Assembly (NCBI GenBank): GCA_963703445.1
Contig: CAVPEK010000002.1
Location: 185,154 to 249,153 of the forward strand
Reading direction: 5' to 3'
Source of the DNA: an uncultured Thermoleophilia bacterium
GTDB lineage: Bacteria; Actinomycetota; Thermoleophilia; Gaiellales; Gaiellaceae
Length of the DNA stretch: 64,000 bases
Of this stretch, positions 63,649-64,000 are shown one piece after another (within the stretch, counting starts at the first letter, position 1; every line of letters starts with the position of its first letter). Under the pieces are notes generated by a model. It was not told where the DNA came from and ran no database searches. It saw nothing but the letters and a program-made list of their open reading frames with translations. The position numbers were made by a program, and so were the translations under genes.

Positions 63649-64000
63649 TCAGCGGACCTGCTCCCTTCGCCAGCCTTCGATTCGCGCATGGTCACCCGAA
63701 AGCAGCACGTCGGGAACCCGCCAGCCCTGGAATTCCGCAGGCCGCGTGTAGTGAGGGTACTCAAGGCCGCCACCCAGCTCCTCCGAGAACGATTCGAGCT
63801 CGCCCGACCCCTCGCTCAGCGCACCCGGCAGACGGCGGGCGATCGCATCGACCAGCACCATCGCCGGCAGGTCCCCGTTCGACAGCACGTAGGGGCCGAT
63901 CGAGATGGCATCGGTTGCGAGATGCTCGACGATCCGTTCGTCGAACCCCTCGAAGCGGGCGGACAGCAGCGTGATGTGCTCGGCGGCGGCGAGCTCCTCG
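63649..64000 (-). CDS. trmD: tRNA (guanine37-N1)-methyltransferase TrmD, C-terminal part. The 5' end lies outside the window.
   Basis: IGPYVLSNGDLPAMVLVDAIARRLPGAL...LEYPHYTRPAEFQGWRVPDVLLSGDHARIEGWRR is the canonical TrmD C-terminus. Confidence 0.9.
   Translation of the reverse strand, partial: EELAAAEHITLLSARFEGFDERIVEHLATDAISIGPYVLSNGDLPAMVLVDAIARRLPGALSEGSGELESFSEELGGGLEYPHYTRPAEFQGWRVPDVLLSGDHARIEGWRREQVR

Noticed and set aside
1-64000. CRISPR arrays, IS elements, rRNA genes
   Set aside because: I saw no regularly spaced repeat-spacer arrays, no transposase-like ORFs or terminal inverted repeats, and no rRNA-like sequence.

Overview
This is a high-GC (about 70%), densely coding, actinobacterial-type chromosomal segment. 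I found no rRNA, CRISPR array, transposase or integrase.

Gene content, left to right:
- gdh (partial) and an APH-fold kinase.
- A complete GlgE alpha-glucan operon on the minus strand (glgE-treS-mak-glgB-glgX), placed head-to-head with malQ.
- tRNA-Leu(UAA).
- A DUF3105 protein, an XPD/DinG-like Fe-S helicase preceded by a Cheo-type SOS box, and rmuC.
- An ABC permease pair with no binding protein or ATPase, then trxB and a CorA-like channel.
- A nine-gene, translationally coupled cluster at 20.4-27.2 kb. It encodes an MDR dehydrogenase, a PTPS-like T-fold protein, a GT4 glycosyltransferase, two methyltransferases, a flippase-like membrane protein, a RibD-C reductase, GTP cyclohydrolase II and an SRPBCC protein. 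It matches no canonical riboflavin, folate or queuosine operon and is my best candidate for an undescribed pathway.
- A CDP-alcohol phosphatidyltransferase fused to a sulfatase-like domain.
- A structured non-coding region at about 30.75-30.9 kb.
- Two adjacent genes broken by about 11 frameshifts (31.0-32.8 kb).
- nth, a pentapeptide-repeat protein, an ECF sigma factor, an MFS transporter and an SGNH hydrolase.
- AddAB, with a small Zn-ribbon/AT-hook protein upstream.
- pntAA-pntAB-pntB coupled to an ornithine-cyclodeaminase-family gene.
- A pair of secreted proteins of unknown function.
- The conserved trmD-lepB-rplS-rnhB-yraN-(inserted DNA methyltransferase)-comM-dprA block.

A recurring observation is single-base reading-frame breaks in otherwise well-conserved genes: malQ, the RibD-C gene, addB, dedA, pntAA, the methyltransferase and rnhB. 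Several of them sit at short G/C runs. All calls come from reading the translations and the DNA by eye; no database search was possible.
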